DNA of 62,599 nt, filler included, from Basidiobolus meristosporus CBS 931.73 (taxonomy: Eukaryota; Fungi; Basidiobolomycota): the NCBI GenBank assembly GCA_002104905.1. It is 4 parts of 4 records of this genome, joined end to end, with 100 filler letters (N's around TTAATTAATTAA, not from the genome) between each part and the next. Parts side by side here need not be neighbours in the genome. Positions count along the whole stretch, not along the records: positions 36,927 to 50,829 come from MCFE01001191.1; positions 50,930 to 62,599 come from MCFE01001268.1; 2 more parts are not named here. One strand, given 5' to 3'. The notes below the pieces were generated by a model. The model saw nothing but the letters and a program-made list of their open reading frames with translations. It was not told the origin of the DNA and did not search any database. The position numbers and the translations under genes were made by a program. This document shows positions 49,101 to 60,875 of the stretch, piece after piece (position 1 is the stretch's first letter; the number at the start of each line of letters is the position of its first letter).

Positions 49101-50829
49101 CATATATGCAGGCTTCACAGTGCTCCAAATTAGCTGGGGGATCAATCTTTACTCCAGAAATTAGCTGATCTTTGATCATGTGGCACAAATAAACAAAATT
49201 GATGTGCCCAAATCTCCTGTGCCAAAGCATTGGTGTTTCTTCATTTAAGTTACTTTTGTTGGCTTCCAAACAGGATGGAATATAAGTCAACTTGTATAGG
49301 TTCTGATCACTGATACCCAGAGCAATATGGGCACCATTTTGATCAGTGATCTTGCATCCAGAATTGTCAAAGCTGAAAATGAGTCCTTCTGCAGTGGCCT
49401 TGCTTACAGATAGTAGGTTCTTGGCTATTTCTGGTACATAGAGTAATTCTTTAAAGGTCAGTGTATGACTTCCTTCACTGCTTCTTAGGTTTACTTGGAT
49501 AGTTCCTTCTTGCACTGCATCAAGTGTTCTATTGTCACCCATGAACACCTTCTTAATTGGAATTTCTTGATATTGGGTAAAAAGTTCTTTTTGGTGTGTA
49601 AAGTGTTGAGATGCTCCAGAGTCAATATACCATGTCTGAGAATCCTTGTTTGTGGTCATATATAGTGCCAATATGAATAGTCTATCTTCAGTCATTGCAG
49701 CATTTCCATATTCAGGCTTCTTTTGCTGATTATCTTTCTTTCTGAAGCACTGGTCCAATGTGTGTCCTTTCCATTTGTGGTAGTTACAAAACAGGTTGCT
49801 GTTGCCTTTGTAGGGTCTTGGGTACCTCCTTTGTTGGCTATCATTGCTAATTAAAGCATTTTCTTCTTGCTTCTTATTGGCACTATAGCCATTATGATAT
49901 ACTTACCCATATTTTATCTTATCAGTATTATACCATTCTTCTTTTGCCCATATTATCAGTATTATCCCCATATGATGTTTACCTTGATTAGTTATTAGCA
50001 TTAGTTATCCCAGATGTTATTCAGCTTTGTGATCAGTTTATGTATCCACATAAGGCAAAATACCCACATCAGTACCCATGACACATGACCCAGAATCTGT
50101 GTAACCATCCCTACCATTTTCAATACCATATATGGTATTTCTATGTTGCACAGGTTTCACACTACTGATTCCTGATTGGTTGGATGTGCTGTGCCTTTTA
50201 GAAACTTCCAGGACATTCATGGCATATTTTTTAGCTCATAGTGATGTCATCAAGAATTCCACTGATGCCAAGAATCTTCTAGAACCTTGTGATTAGTAAT
50301 CACTTGGCAATCAGGAAAAGTATATAAGGGAACGCAATCCCTCATCAATAAATCATCCCTTCTATGAGTAACACTTCTACCTTATTGATTAGCAGTTGAT
50401 CACTGCACCTGCCTTCAACAGTACATCTCAGACCTGCCATCAAGGAGCTTTTCAGGGTAGCACACAAGACACACAGAGGCCTTTGGAGACCACTTGGAGC
50501 ACCTAGGAAGCTAGAGAAGCAGGAGCTTTTACCATAGTGACATACTGACAAAGACACCAGCAGTTTAGACACAGAGGTTATTGCACCCATCAAACACTTC
50601 ACACACCTTGAGTTGTGTAACTTCTCCCAGGAGTACCTCTACACCACCACAGCGCTTGATTTTCTTAATTCTTCATCCAGGAGCCTTCCATATACATAAT
50701 TTAAGGTCAAATCTTCAGTTCTGGACTCTAGGGCTGATACAAGGCCTTAAACTTGTCTGTCAGGCTATTCAGGATGGTAACTATCACATCCTCATCAGTA
50801 GTTGGTATGCCCCAGATTCCATCTCATCT
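46164..50829 (-). mobile_element. Copia family A minus copy (3' LTR 46164-46510, RH, RT, IN, PR, part of gag); runs into gap
   Basis: ORFs 46522-46815, 47108-47737, 47774-48031, 48595-49758; PPT GCTGGGTGGGAG on minus. Confidence 0.93.
49884..50651 (+). mobile_element. Solo LTR-like insert (768 bp), 4-bp TSD GCGC
   Basis: TATAGCC (decayed TG)...CACCACA; flanks GCAC (49880-49883) and GCGC (50652-50655); the empty gag site (GCGCCAATA on plus) is seen at 35.42 and 40.57 kb; shares blocks with the reverse of 26812-27774. Confidence 0.85.
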
Positions 50830-50929
50830 NNNNNNNNNNNNNNNNNNNNNNNNNNNNNNNNNNNNNNNNNNNNTTAATTAATTAANNNNNNNNNNNNNNN
50901 NNNNNNNNNNNNNNNNNNNNNNNNNNNNN
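50830..50929. other. Assembly gap with TTAATTAATTAA linker
   Basis: 44 N + 12 nt + 44 N. Confidence 0.97.
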
Positions 50930-50976
50930 TGAACCAAATGTGTGTCGGCGATTTGTTTTCATTTGGATTTGGCTTC

Positions 50977-51042
50977 ACAATCATGCTGCCGGTTGACAAT
51001 TTACAATCATGCTGCCGGTTGACAATTTACAATCATGCTGCC
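50977..51042. repeat. 26-bp tandem repeat x2.5 (ACAATCATGCTGCCGGTTGACAATTT)
   Basis: Two perfect units plus 14 bp. Confidence 0.95.
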
Positions 51043-51412
51043 AGTCGGAGTTCCTGGGCGGTTTCAAGGATATTGGAAATGCTGTTGTTTAGATATCCAT
51101 GACGTGTTGTTGCTCGGAGTTTGAAAGATTGCGCTCCTGTCACATATTTGGGCCATCACTATACTCTCTCGCCAGGGCATCCGTACTCTCCTAGGGGAAA
51201 ATGAAAAGTAAATTCGGAAATGTTTAGGTTTCTTTCGTATCACTACTATGGGTGTGCTGGTTAAGGAGGCCACTCAAGCAAAAATTTGATGATTTTCTAA
51301 TAGGCCAAGTCCCAGTTTTTTAGAGCACTTCTTTCTTCCATTAGCTGTATCATTGCAACTTGATAAGGTGTCCTGGACAAGACAGTTTGCTAAGTAGTCA
51401 AAAAGCCCAAAA

Positions 51413-51502
51413 ACTTTGCCCACATGCACTTGGGACCTTCCTGAGTATATTTTGCTGACTTTGCCCACATGCACTTGGGACCTTCCTGAGTATATTTTGC
51501 TG
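51413..51502. repeat. Perfect 45-bp tandem duplication within a diverged Copia-A-like LTR
   Basis: ACTTTGCCCACATGCACTTGGGACCTTCCTGAGTATATTTTGCTG x2. Confidence 0.95.
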
Positions 51503-52155
51503 AAAGAGTAATGAAGATACTCAAAGTGCTTGGGTGAACAAGTAGAGTATGTGCTTTCGCATGATGCTTTATTGAATGTAAAGAGGATATTTATACTCTT
51601 AGATGATTTTTGCAAAAAAAAACACAATGGATATACTTAGGAAGGCCCCAAAAAGATGTTTGAAGTTTAGGGATCTTTGGAAAGCTTTCAGATATTTCAT
51701 GTCAAAGCACTTGAAGTTTTGGTGTTATACTCTTGGATCCTAGTGGGGAACTTGGCCAAATTACTCTAAGACTTGTAGACTGTAAGCTGAGTGACCAAGT
51801 CAAGAGAAAACTTTAGCACTATCACAAAACTTGCAAGAGCTTTCATCTGATGATTTATCAAGTGTCAAAGTGATATTGCACTTTCCCATGGTCATGGCAA
51901 GGAAGCAGGTGAAAATATCGAGGAGGGTGCAAAGCTTGAGGAGCTTTGGACAGCTTAAGATTTTGATGACCCAAGTGTTGCAAGACACTTGGGAGTATAA
52001 AAGGTGACTCAAGAGCTAGAAAACTGATTGACATTCACTTGTTCTAAACTGCATTCAGTTAGTGTATCTATACTTATAGGAGTGCTTTGTAGTGAAAAAG
52101 TTGATAATGTCTTATAATCACAGAAAGCTGTGCATTATATGTGGGGCTTTTGCAC

Positions 52156-52836
52156 TATTGTAAGAGTTTGGGAGATATTGGAAGTGATTGGGAGTGTTGT
52201 AAGAGTCTTGGAGATATTGGAAGTGATTGGGAGGACAAGTAGATTATGTGGTTCTCACTTAATGATTTATTGAATGTAAAAGTAGTATTTATACTTTTAC
52301 CTGGTCTTGGCATTACAAGCACGTAGAATAGGTTAAGGAAGGTCCCAAGAAAATGTGTGCAAAGTTTGGGGCTGTTTAGACAACTTATCTAATTTTCATG
52401 TTCTGGGTAAATATTCTAAGTAAATCCCGACAAGGAATCTTGGTCAGTATTCTCTAGGATTTGAAGGTGATGATCTAAGTGACTAAGTTAGGTGAATATT
52501 TAGGTGGAAATACGAATTTTTACAACAGGGAGAACAAGGAGATTATGTGGTTCTCACTTAACAAATTATTGAATGTAAAGTAGTAATTATTCTTTCACAT
52601 GATATTAGCAAAAAATACTTTAAACATGTCAAAGAAGGCCCCAAGAGCATGTATGCAAAGTTTGGGCTGTTTGGCCAACTTTTAGAAGTTCCATGTTCTG
52701 GGTACCTGATATTTCGGTGAAAATATTCCAAGTAAATCTCACAAGGAATTTGGTCAGAATTCTCTAAAATTAGTAGACTATGATCCAAGTGACTAAGTTG
52801 GGTGAATATTCAGGTGTATTTACGAAATTTACACCA
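52156..52836 (-). repeat. Older Copia A LTR containing a younger solo LTR (52195-52527)
   Basis: Inner LTR TGTTG...CAACA flanked by 5-bp TSD GGGAG (52190-52194, 52528-52532). Confidence 0.88.
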
Positions 52837-54237
52837 ATTAGGACTTCTCACTTTAACTACAGTCATGTACTATACACTGCTAATGAGTTTTCAATAAACT
52901 AATAGCTAAGCTTCATGATATGCATCAGAATGGTGATATGGTGGCATATACATTGTATGTGGCATGCACCTAACTTATAGAACCTAATCACAGTTCTTTT
53001 ACTGCTTTATAGTATGTTTCTGATAGAGTATGCGTAGTTGAACTTGCGAATGAATGACAAAGAAGTAGAGGAAGGAGCGCTCTAAGGAAGTCTTACGAAG
53101 CTGTGTTCAAAATAAGGGTTTTTGACACGTATGAATCTTGGCATTCCTCTAGAATTTCATAACCTCAAAGAATTGTGATTATATATAAAATCACAATGCC
53201 ACATAATTCCACATACTCTTAGGTGCGGGCAAACAGTGGATTGTAGAGGCAAAAAGAAATTTTCTTTGGGGGAGGGGACTAGAAAGCTGAAGTTGAGTTC
53301 GCTTAGTCTCACAGCTTAATCATTCATATATCTTCAGTTTCTACTTTACAAACCATGATTTGCTAACTGAAGAATTTGCTCGCAAGACATTAGCTTATAT
53401 CATAGTGTATGAATAATTTAGGGACGAAACTATTTAATTCGATTTAAGAATCAATAGACTGACCTCAATTATGTCCATCCCGCAACACTCCTCGATCGAA
53501 GCATGCTTTTTAAAGTTTATTTCCCTACGTAAGCAACAATTGAAATGGCTCCAACATCGGTGCGAGTTGGAAATTTCCTAATCAAACCTCCATCTTTCAA
53601 TAATGTTCATATGGTAGGGCTCTAGAAATATTTACGTGTTCAAAGCGGGCCCTTATCACCTATTAGTAGCTGTGGTATCATTCTTGGCGCTGTCACTTGG
53701 TAAAACGACACCAGGATTAAGCGTCAATTCCCTCTTGATTTATACGTGACCGGCTCTTTTGATATGGTGGCGCTGGAGATTTAGATGTTGCGCATCCTTC
53801 TGGCATTAACTGGATTTGGCAAGATTCTTGGTAGAGTTCCAATATGACTGGTCATCTCTTGGAATCCACGCACAGATGTATTTGAGGAACACCACATGAG
53901 AGCCAACTGCAACATCAAAGCGCAGTTGTGGACTTGCTTTATATGGAAGATCAGATCTTATCATTGCTCAAAGCGAGATACGACTAGCTAAATGCAAGAC
54001 GTTCGGGGCTATCTGATGGAAATCTAAAACTCGGGTACTTCTCAAGGTTGATTAAGTATGGTAATTTGTAACATCCGATGGTGAATCTTATTCTCCAACA
54101 ATATCCATTTTCTGTTGGCTCTCTATCTACATCCATTTTCTGCGGATGAAAATTCCACAAGTGACGCAAGTGGTTACGAATCAGAAGCAGCGTTACAATT
54201 GTAGATATTATGCTCTACACTAGGATTGTCAACAACC

Positions 54238-54280
54238 CAAGCATTCAAGCATTCAAGCATACAGGCATACAGGCATACAG
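54238..54280. repeat. 8-bp tandem repeat (CAAGCATT > CAAGCATA > CAGGCATA), ~5 units
   Basis: Direct reading. Confidence 0.85.
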
Positions 54281-54790
54281 AGAATACGAGCTCTCAAAGA
54301 TTTGCATACGATATATGGCTTCAATTGGTGCATATTTTTAGGTTTAGAATCTTCTACTCAGATCAATGTCCCCTAACCCTAGCCTCTATCCCTCATTGTT
54401 ACCTTTCTAGCATTGACATCAGCGAAACATACCAATGATTTCTCAGAAATACAAATAGAACGTGATGTACATAGAATCAAATCATGTCAATCCTAGAAAT
54501 CGATATCATTGCCTTATCGAGAAATGACTGTGTCACCGACTATTTAGGAATACCCGTCATCTTCCCAGAGCCAATGTATGTTTGGGAATTCTACTGTATT
54601 TTAGGAACACTCATGCTATTTTCGTTTAGTCCTATTCATCTCTGGTACATTGTGTTTATAAGTCGGGCGTTTGCCAGTGTTTGCTCTTTATTTCCGTAGA
54701 GTTAGTGTAGGATTGACAACGTTTGTTCCTTCATGCAGTAGACATTCAAGAATATACACACAGCTTTCATTCGACTCTCTTCCCTGCGAT

Positions 54791-57700
54791 ATGACCGACC
54801 CGAACTCTTTTAATACATACACTGGGGCTGACTATGGTGGACTAAATGTAGACGACAGTCAAATGGACTGGCTAAAGAGTAAAAAAAGGGATGAACCTTT
54901 GATAGCAGCAGCCAGTGGTTCCTCTGTACCCCACATTAGACAGGTATTTCACCGATACAACACTGACGTATCCCGACAAAGGGCCATACCTGCTTTTGGA
55001 ACCAGAACTTGCCGGACCGATGTTTCGACGATCGGACGGCGTGAAGCTAATGACCCAGTATTCCAAGCATTAGATGAAAAGTAGCTGACTCTTGTTTTTC
55101 TGACAGTTCTACATATTTTCTCACCATCGTTTTTATCCTTCCCAGTTCCCCCGAACTTCATTCACTAAGTGAAAAGAGACAGCTGAGCTTCCTCCCAGGC
55201 CTTCGAAACAGGCAAGGGTGGACTTATGATAGAGTACGGGAGGAGTACAAAGAACGAAAAGTGAAAGAACGGTAGGCGAAGACAAAAGGGTAGCACTTCA
55301 GTACCTTTTCTAACACTGTGGCATGATCGACATTAGCGACAATCGATTCGGTCTCAGCCTATGGACGAAGATCAAAACAAAGGTGTACTGTGAACTGTAC
55401 AAAGACAAACTTCTAGGCTTCGTCAATTCTGCAGAGAGAAGGCTCATCTTTGTAAATATCCATCGCACATCACGAGCTCATCAGCAGACGTGTGACTAAG
55501 TCGACACTCCCCATGTAGGTTATACTCGACTTGATCGTCGATTTCCTATTCTGTATTTTGTACATGGTCGAGATGCAAATGTCCGAAGTAACTGGTTTTA
55601 GCCCACATTGGCTCTGGGTTGATCGGCCAACGGTTGTTTGGTACTTGATGATTCTTTTGACGTGCGAAAACATCATCTCTCGCCTCGCACGTTAGTTAAT
55701 CCTTTCTTCTCTTTCTTCCTTGCCTTTGCTAACTTTGCTTAAAGAGATTCTCTTTACCCAGACTACAAGGTAGGTGGTGGCTCGTTTCGTGGAATCCGAA
55801 TGGGTCTTGACAGCCATGTTTTAGGTATTCAACCATCATTAGTCTGTACACTTTCTTGGACGTGGTCACAGGAGCCCCAGTGATCGTCAGTCTATTTATC
55901 AAGCATGGGCAATATCTATATGGTAATTGATGGATAGCTCCGGATTCCATGATCAAATCAACATCTAACCTTCATCACAAGTCCCATATTTTCTTCGAAG
56001 TATTGTGGTGGTCTGGCGTATCAAGCGTGCCATCCGTAACGTCATCTCCATCAACGCAGACAGACTTTACGATCCACTTCTTATGAAGCTCATTGTATTG
56101 GTCGCTTACATCATCATCATCGTCTACAATGGCATGGCAGCATTCCAGTACTTTGAATTGATGTTTGCCAACACCAACTACAATCTCATCGACAGCTTCT
56201 ACTTTACAATCACCACCGTATCTACGGTGGGTTATGGTGACATAGTGCCCAAGTCGATTCCAGCCAAATTCGTGGTGATCCTGCTTATCGTTGTTGTCCT
56301 GACAATCCTGCCCGGCCTCATATCGGGTATGCTAGAAACCTTGAACCAAAAGCATTGTAAGTCTTTGTTCACATGCCTTCACATGAATCCCTTTATCACT
56401 CACTCCGACAATTCCTTCAGCTGGCGGAGGATCCTATGAAAGAATAAGAGACAGTAACCTGATTGTGATATGTGGGGTGTTTGATCGCATCCAAAGTGTA
56501 AGGGATATCCTCAACGGATTCCTTCATCAAGAACGACAGTCCACTACGACACATCTTGTGTTCCTCGGGCGTGAGAAGCCTACGGTGCAAATTAAGGTTC
56601 TTTTCAACATGCCTAGTTACAAAAACCGGGTAACGTACCTACATGGAAGCGTCTTGGTAAGTGTGGATTTCAATAGGCATTTCTTGGATCCAGTGCTAAT
56701 TTCTGCCGTTCTCTTGGACCAGAATACGCAAGATCTGAAAAGAGCTAGTGTGGAAACGGCTAGCGCCGTATTCATGCTATCAGGTATTCGTTCTTTGCAC
56801 AAGGTTTACTTTGAGCAATAGGCTAACCGTTCACCAGATCATAACGTAGCAGATAGTATCGAGGAGGACGAGAACAATACCCTTCGTACCTGGGCCATTC
56901 ATGTCTATGCTCCCCATGTCCCTATATACACGTACAATCACCATCCGTTTACTTCAGCCTATCAGAAGAGAGTTGTACGGCAGACGATCAGCCCTCAAGA
57001 GTTCCAACAGGTAGTCTTGTTGACCTAGTAACCCATCCCAGGGTGTCACAATAGCCTAAACTTTATTTGTAGGCTCTGATTGGACACAATTGCCTCTATA
57101 AGGGATCGGCGACGTTGATTTTGAATCTGCTGTACAACAGTCGGCCCATCGACAAATACTCGGAACCTTGGCAAGCGCAATATGGTAATGGCATACGGAG
57201 TCAGTCAAAGTGGTAAGCATACTAATTTCAGTGGGTATTAGATGACGGTTCAGGAAACGAAATCTATTCTGGTCTCGTGAATCCAATATTTGTTGGGAAG
57301 CCTTTTACTTTTGTCTCGTGGGTGAGTATCGAGACTGATTCGTTTGTTATGCTCATTTTACTAATACCTCGATATCGCAGTATCTGTTCCAAGAGTTTCA
57401 AGCAATTCTGTTTGCAGTGAGTGTGTATGTCAAAAAGTCCAACTCCCACCACATCGTTCTGAACCCTGGGAGTCACTACCTGCTTGGGCCCAAAGACATA
57501 TGTTATTACATCAGCCAGGGTCCCGAAGAAGTTAACGACATCTCCAATCTGGTACGTATGCTTGCCCCACTCCTCCGGCGAAATGTTGAGCTGACGCCCC
57601 TTCCTTCCAGAGTCAAAGTCAATTCGAAACCTCTTTGAAGCATATCGAATATTTGACTCCTTCAGAGCGTGATCTATTGATGAATCCGCATGTGTCCTCG

Positions 57701-59051
57701 AAATACACGGCCTGCAATCGGCGATCAGTCATAGAGAAGTTCCCTTCGTTTAACTCAGACATCATCATTGGGCAACCGCCGCCACGCTACGAAGACTTGG
57801 ACACCCCGCTTTGCCATCTGCTCAAGTACCCAATCGAATCGGCAGAAAAGATCATTCTGCCAGACGCGCGTCGAATGACCGGCCATATTCTAATCTGCTC
57901 TGGCTACTCAGACCCGTTCAGATTGATATGTACCTTAAGGTGAGAGGTATATATACGTATACTCCGACAAGCCCCCATTATTGACCACAGCTCTAGAGCC
58001 GCCCATATTACTTCATCTGAGCATCGTCACATCATCATCCTTCGTAGTCAGCCGCCTACCGAAGATGAAGTCAGAATATTAGGGGTCTTCCCCGATGTCT
58101 ACTTTGTTATTGTAAGTTCATGATGCTCATTTGGGATGTGGCCAGATTTACTAAATACTCTTCAGGGCTTGAAGAGAAGTGAGAAAGATTTGCTTCGTGC
58201 TGGGATATTGGGCTGTAGCCGACTAATCATCTTGAGGAAACAAAATGTTGCTCAAAAACATGATGAATATGTAGATACATCAGTCATGTAAGTAACCCAC
58301 TGCTAAACTACTCTAAAGAGACGAAGGCTAATCCGACACCAACTAGTATGTGCAATCAATTGGCCAGAAGAATATTGAAGCAACATGATGCTTGCAAGTA
58401 TATCATGGTGGAATTAGGTTTGTAGTCTCGCTAGCTATTGGTCTAGTGAAATCAATGCTAACCTTATTGCAGTTGAGCAGGAGAATGTCAAGCTTTTACA
58501 GGCGACGGATAAGCACTGCAAGGATAAATTCACCAAAGTCTTTACCCATGCTGGCATCTACGCGTCTGGCCAGGTGTTCGTCGACTGCTCGATCGACCAT
58601 CTTTTCTACCTGGTACGATATTCTCTTTCCACTCCTCTGTAGGACCCTAGCATTAAATAGATTCCATTTCAGAGCTATCACAACAAAGCCATCATGAAGC
58701 TGGTCAAACTGCTTTGTGGACTGCGTAGCCAGAAAGATCTCGCCCTTGACACGAAGCTCGATATAACATCCTCGTACCTGTGCTATATCAAAGTCCCGGA
58801 GAAGTTTGTGGTCAGTGTTGGTTGGATTTCTCTTTTGCACACACATTAACGCCGATCTTTAATAGGGGATGTCATACAACTCATTGTACAGAGAGCTTGC
58901 CACTGAGCAGGGGATCATACCACTTGGCCTGTTCCGCGCTCCTGATCTGGATCTTGGAAATACAACGCCATTTGTATTTACGAACCCTGTACCAGCCATG
59001 CTGCTTAAGAATGACGATTTGGTATACGTCTTGAAAGTGACGTTTGATTAA
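54791..59051 (+). CDS. Multi-exon Slo-family (KCNT/BK-like) potassium channel with RCK domains; 5' exons uncertain
   Basis: SFYFTITTVSTVGYGD filter (56224-56241), TM helices, RCK motifs (ICGVFD, DLKRASVETASAVFML, NTLRTWAIHVYAP, ALIGHNCLYKGSATLILNLL, IPLGLFR); many GT-AG introns; stop at 59049-59051. Confidence 0.88.
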
Positions 59052-59318
59052 TCTCGACCGTGCCATCATGTTCCATTCACGTATTGTTGTCGTGCTGACT
59101 ATATATCGTGGACGTGTATATATTGTATATTGGGGGAGATGAAAATGAACCAGCCGACAGCTAGAATACGTGCCCATAGAAATATATCAGCTACCTAATC
59201 ACGAGCCTCACCATTGGCCAAATCCGTAAAAAATAAAGTCAAAATTTTGTTCCAGGCAAGGATTGTTATTTACGAGCATCTCCACCTCCCCTATCGCACA
59301 CATTAGTTGAATCGAGGG

Positions 59319-60381
59319 ATGTTCTCACGTTGTGGCTTCAGCACCGCCCTCCGGCAAGTTCAGCGTGGATATACTACATCCAGGGTGGTGGATGCCCGAC
59401 GCAACAGTTTCAAGCCATACCTTCTCCTTGGCGCCGGCTTGTGTCTGGGTGGGTACGGGTATTTAAGCTTTTCGCAGAAGAGAGTAGCTGGCATCGACTC
59501 TGACTGCTACACCCCGTTGTCCATCCAAGAAATCAGAGACGTCAATCACGACTCGAAAATATACAAACTGGCCTATAGCGACCAGGAAGCTCGGGCCGAA
59601 ATCCCAGTCTCCAGCTCGGTGTACGTCAAGGACGATTCTATGCAAATCATGCGACCTTTCACCCCCATCTCCAGTTCCGATAGCAAAGGTTACTTGGAAT
59701 TGCTTATCAAGTTGTATCCGGACGGCTCGATGTCGCAGTTCTTGAAGGACCGCACAGTAGGTGATGTTCTCGAGGTTCGCGGGCCCATTGTAAATTGGGA
59801 ATACCAAGCAAATGCTTACAAGGCCATTGGGATGGTAGGTTTCGCCTGTCTGGGACTGTATGCCAACGATATCCTAATGTATGTTTCGTTCACCAAAAGG
59901 TTGCTGGCGGCTCAGGTATAACACCAATGTATCAAATAATTCGCGGCATACTTCAGAATCCTGAAGATAACACCCGGGTCTCGCTGATATACGCCAACCG
60001 TAGCGAGGAAGATATATTGCTGCGCCAGGAGCTTGAATACCTGGCGAAGCTTCACCCCAAACAGTTCACGTTATATTTCGTTGTGGATAAGGCGCCGGAG
60101 ACTCGGGAGTGGTCGCAGGGAGTTGGCTTCGTGACCAGAGAGATGATTTCTCAGCATCTACCGAAGCCAGCTGGCGACGTCAAGATTCTTGTCTGTGGGC
60201 CAGACGGGTAACGACGCCTTCTTTCGTTGATAAAGTTATGCACGTATGGTACTAATCAACCACTCTCGCTAGAATGATGCGCCATATCTCCGGTCCACGT
60301 GCGCGTGATTGGTCTCAAGGCGGCGTCTCTGGACTCCTAAAAGAGCTAGGCTACAGTGCCGAACAAGTATACAAATTTTAA
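59319..60381 (+). CDS. MCR1: NADH-cytochrome b5 reductase, mitochondrial type (310 aa; exons 59319-59834, 59900-60207, 60273-60381)
   Basis: RPFTPIS, GSMSQFL, RGP, VAGGSGITPMYQ, LIYANRSEEDILL, ILVCGPDG, QVYKF*; basic presequence-like N-terminus followed by a hydrophobic anchor. Confidence 0.9.
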
Positions 60382-60875
60382 ATCATTCCATCTGCATTCA
60401 CATACCATCAAACATGAATAAACTGGCATCAAGTCTGGCCAACCTAGTCCATGAGTAAACAACCAGCTATTACTTGGAACATCAGCCGTAACTCTGAGCT
60501 TTGGGATCAATTTGTGTGTCGTTTTCATTGGCACTCCAGATCCCTTGTTGTGATAATGACTCTGGATGGATGCGATTGGTCAAAATGTTGGTACGTTTAA
60601 TTCGGAGCATTTCCACATCCCCAGGTGGTCCCGGTCTGTGACGTATACTTCCATCTCGCCCTTGTCAAGCTGCACACATTGATGGCGCGTGGTCCGATTC
60701 CGACCAAATTAGTTAGCAGGGACCTGAGCCAGCATCACAGAAATTGAACTTCCGTCCGGTCCTATCGTCCCAGAGAGATGAAACTACACGCGGCATTCCT
60801 AGCATTTTTCAAGCGGGTCCAAATTTGAGTGGTGCTGAACTTGACCTTTTAACTTTTCACTTGTGTTGAATAGAA

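Noticed and set aside
1-52840. Classical Neurospora RIP
   Set aside because: CA and TG are abundant rather than depleted; the informative differences seen are at CG.
53400-54780. Possible small gene upstream of the channel
   Set aside because: CG-rich and host-like, but only short ORFs without recognisable features.
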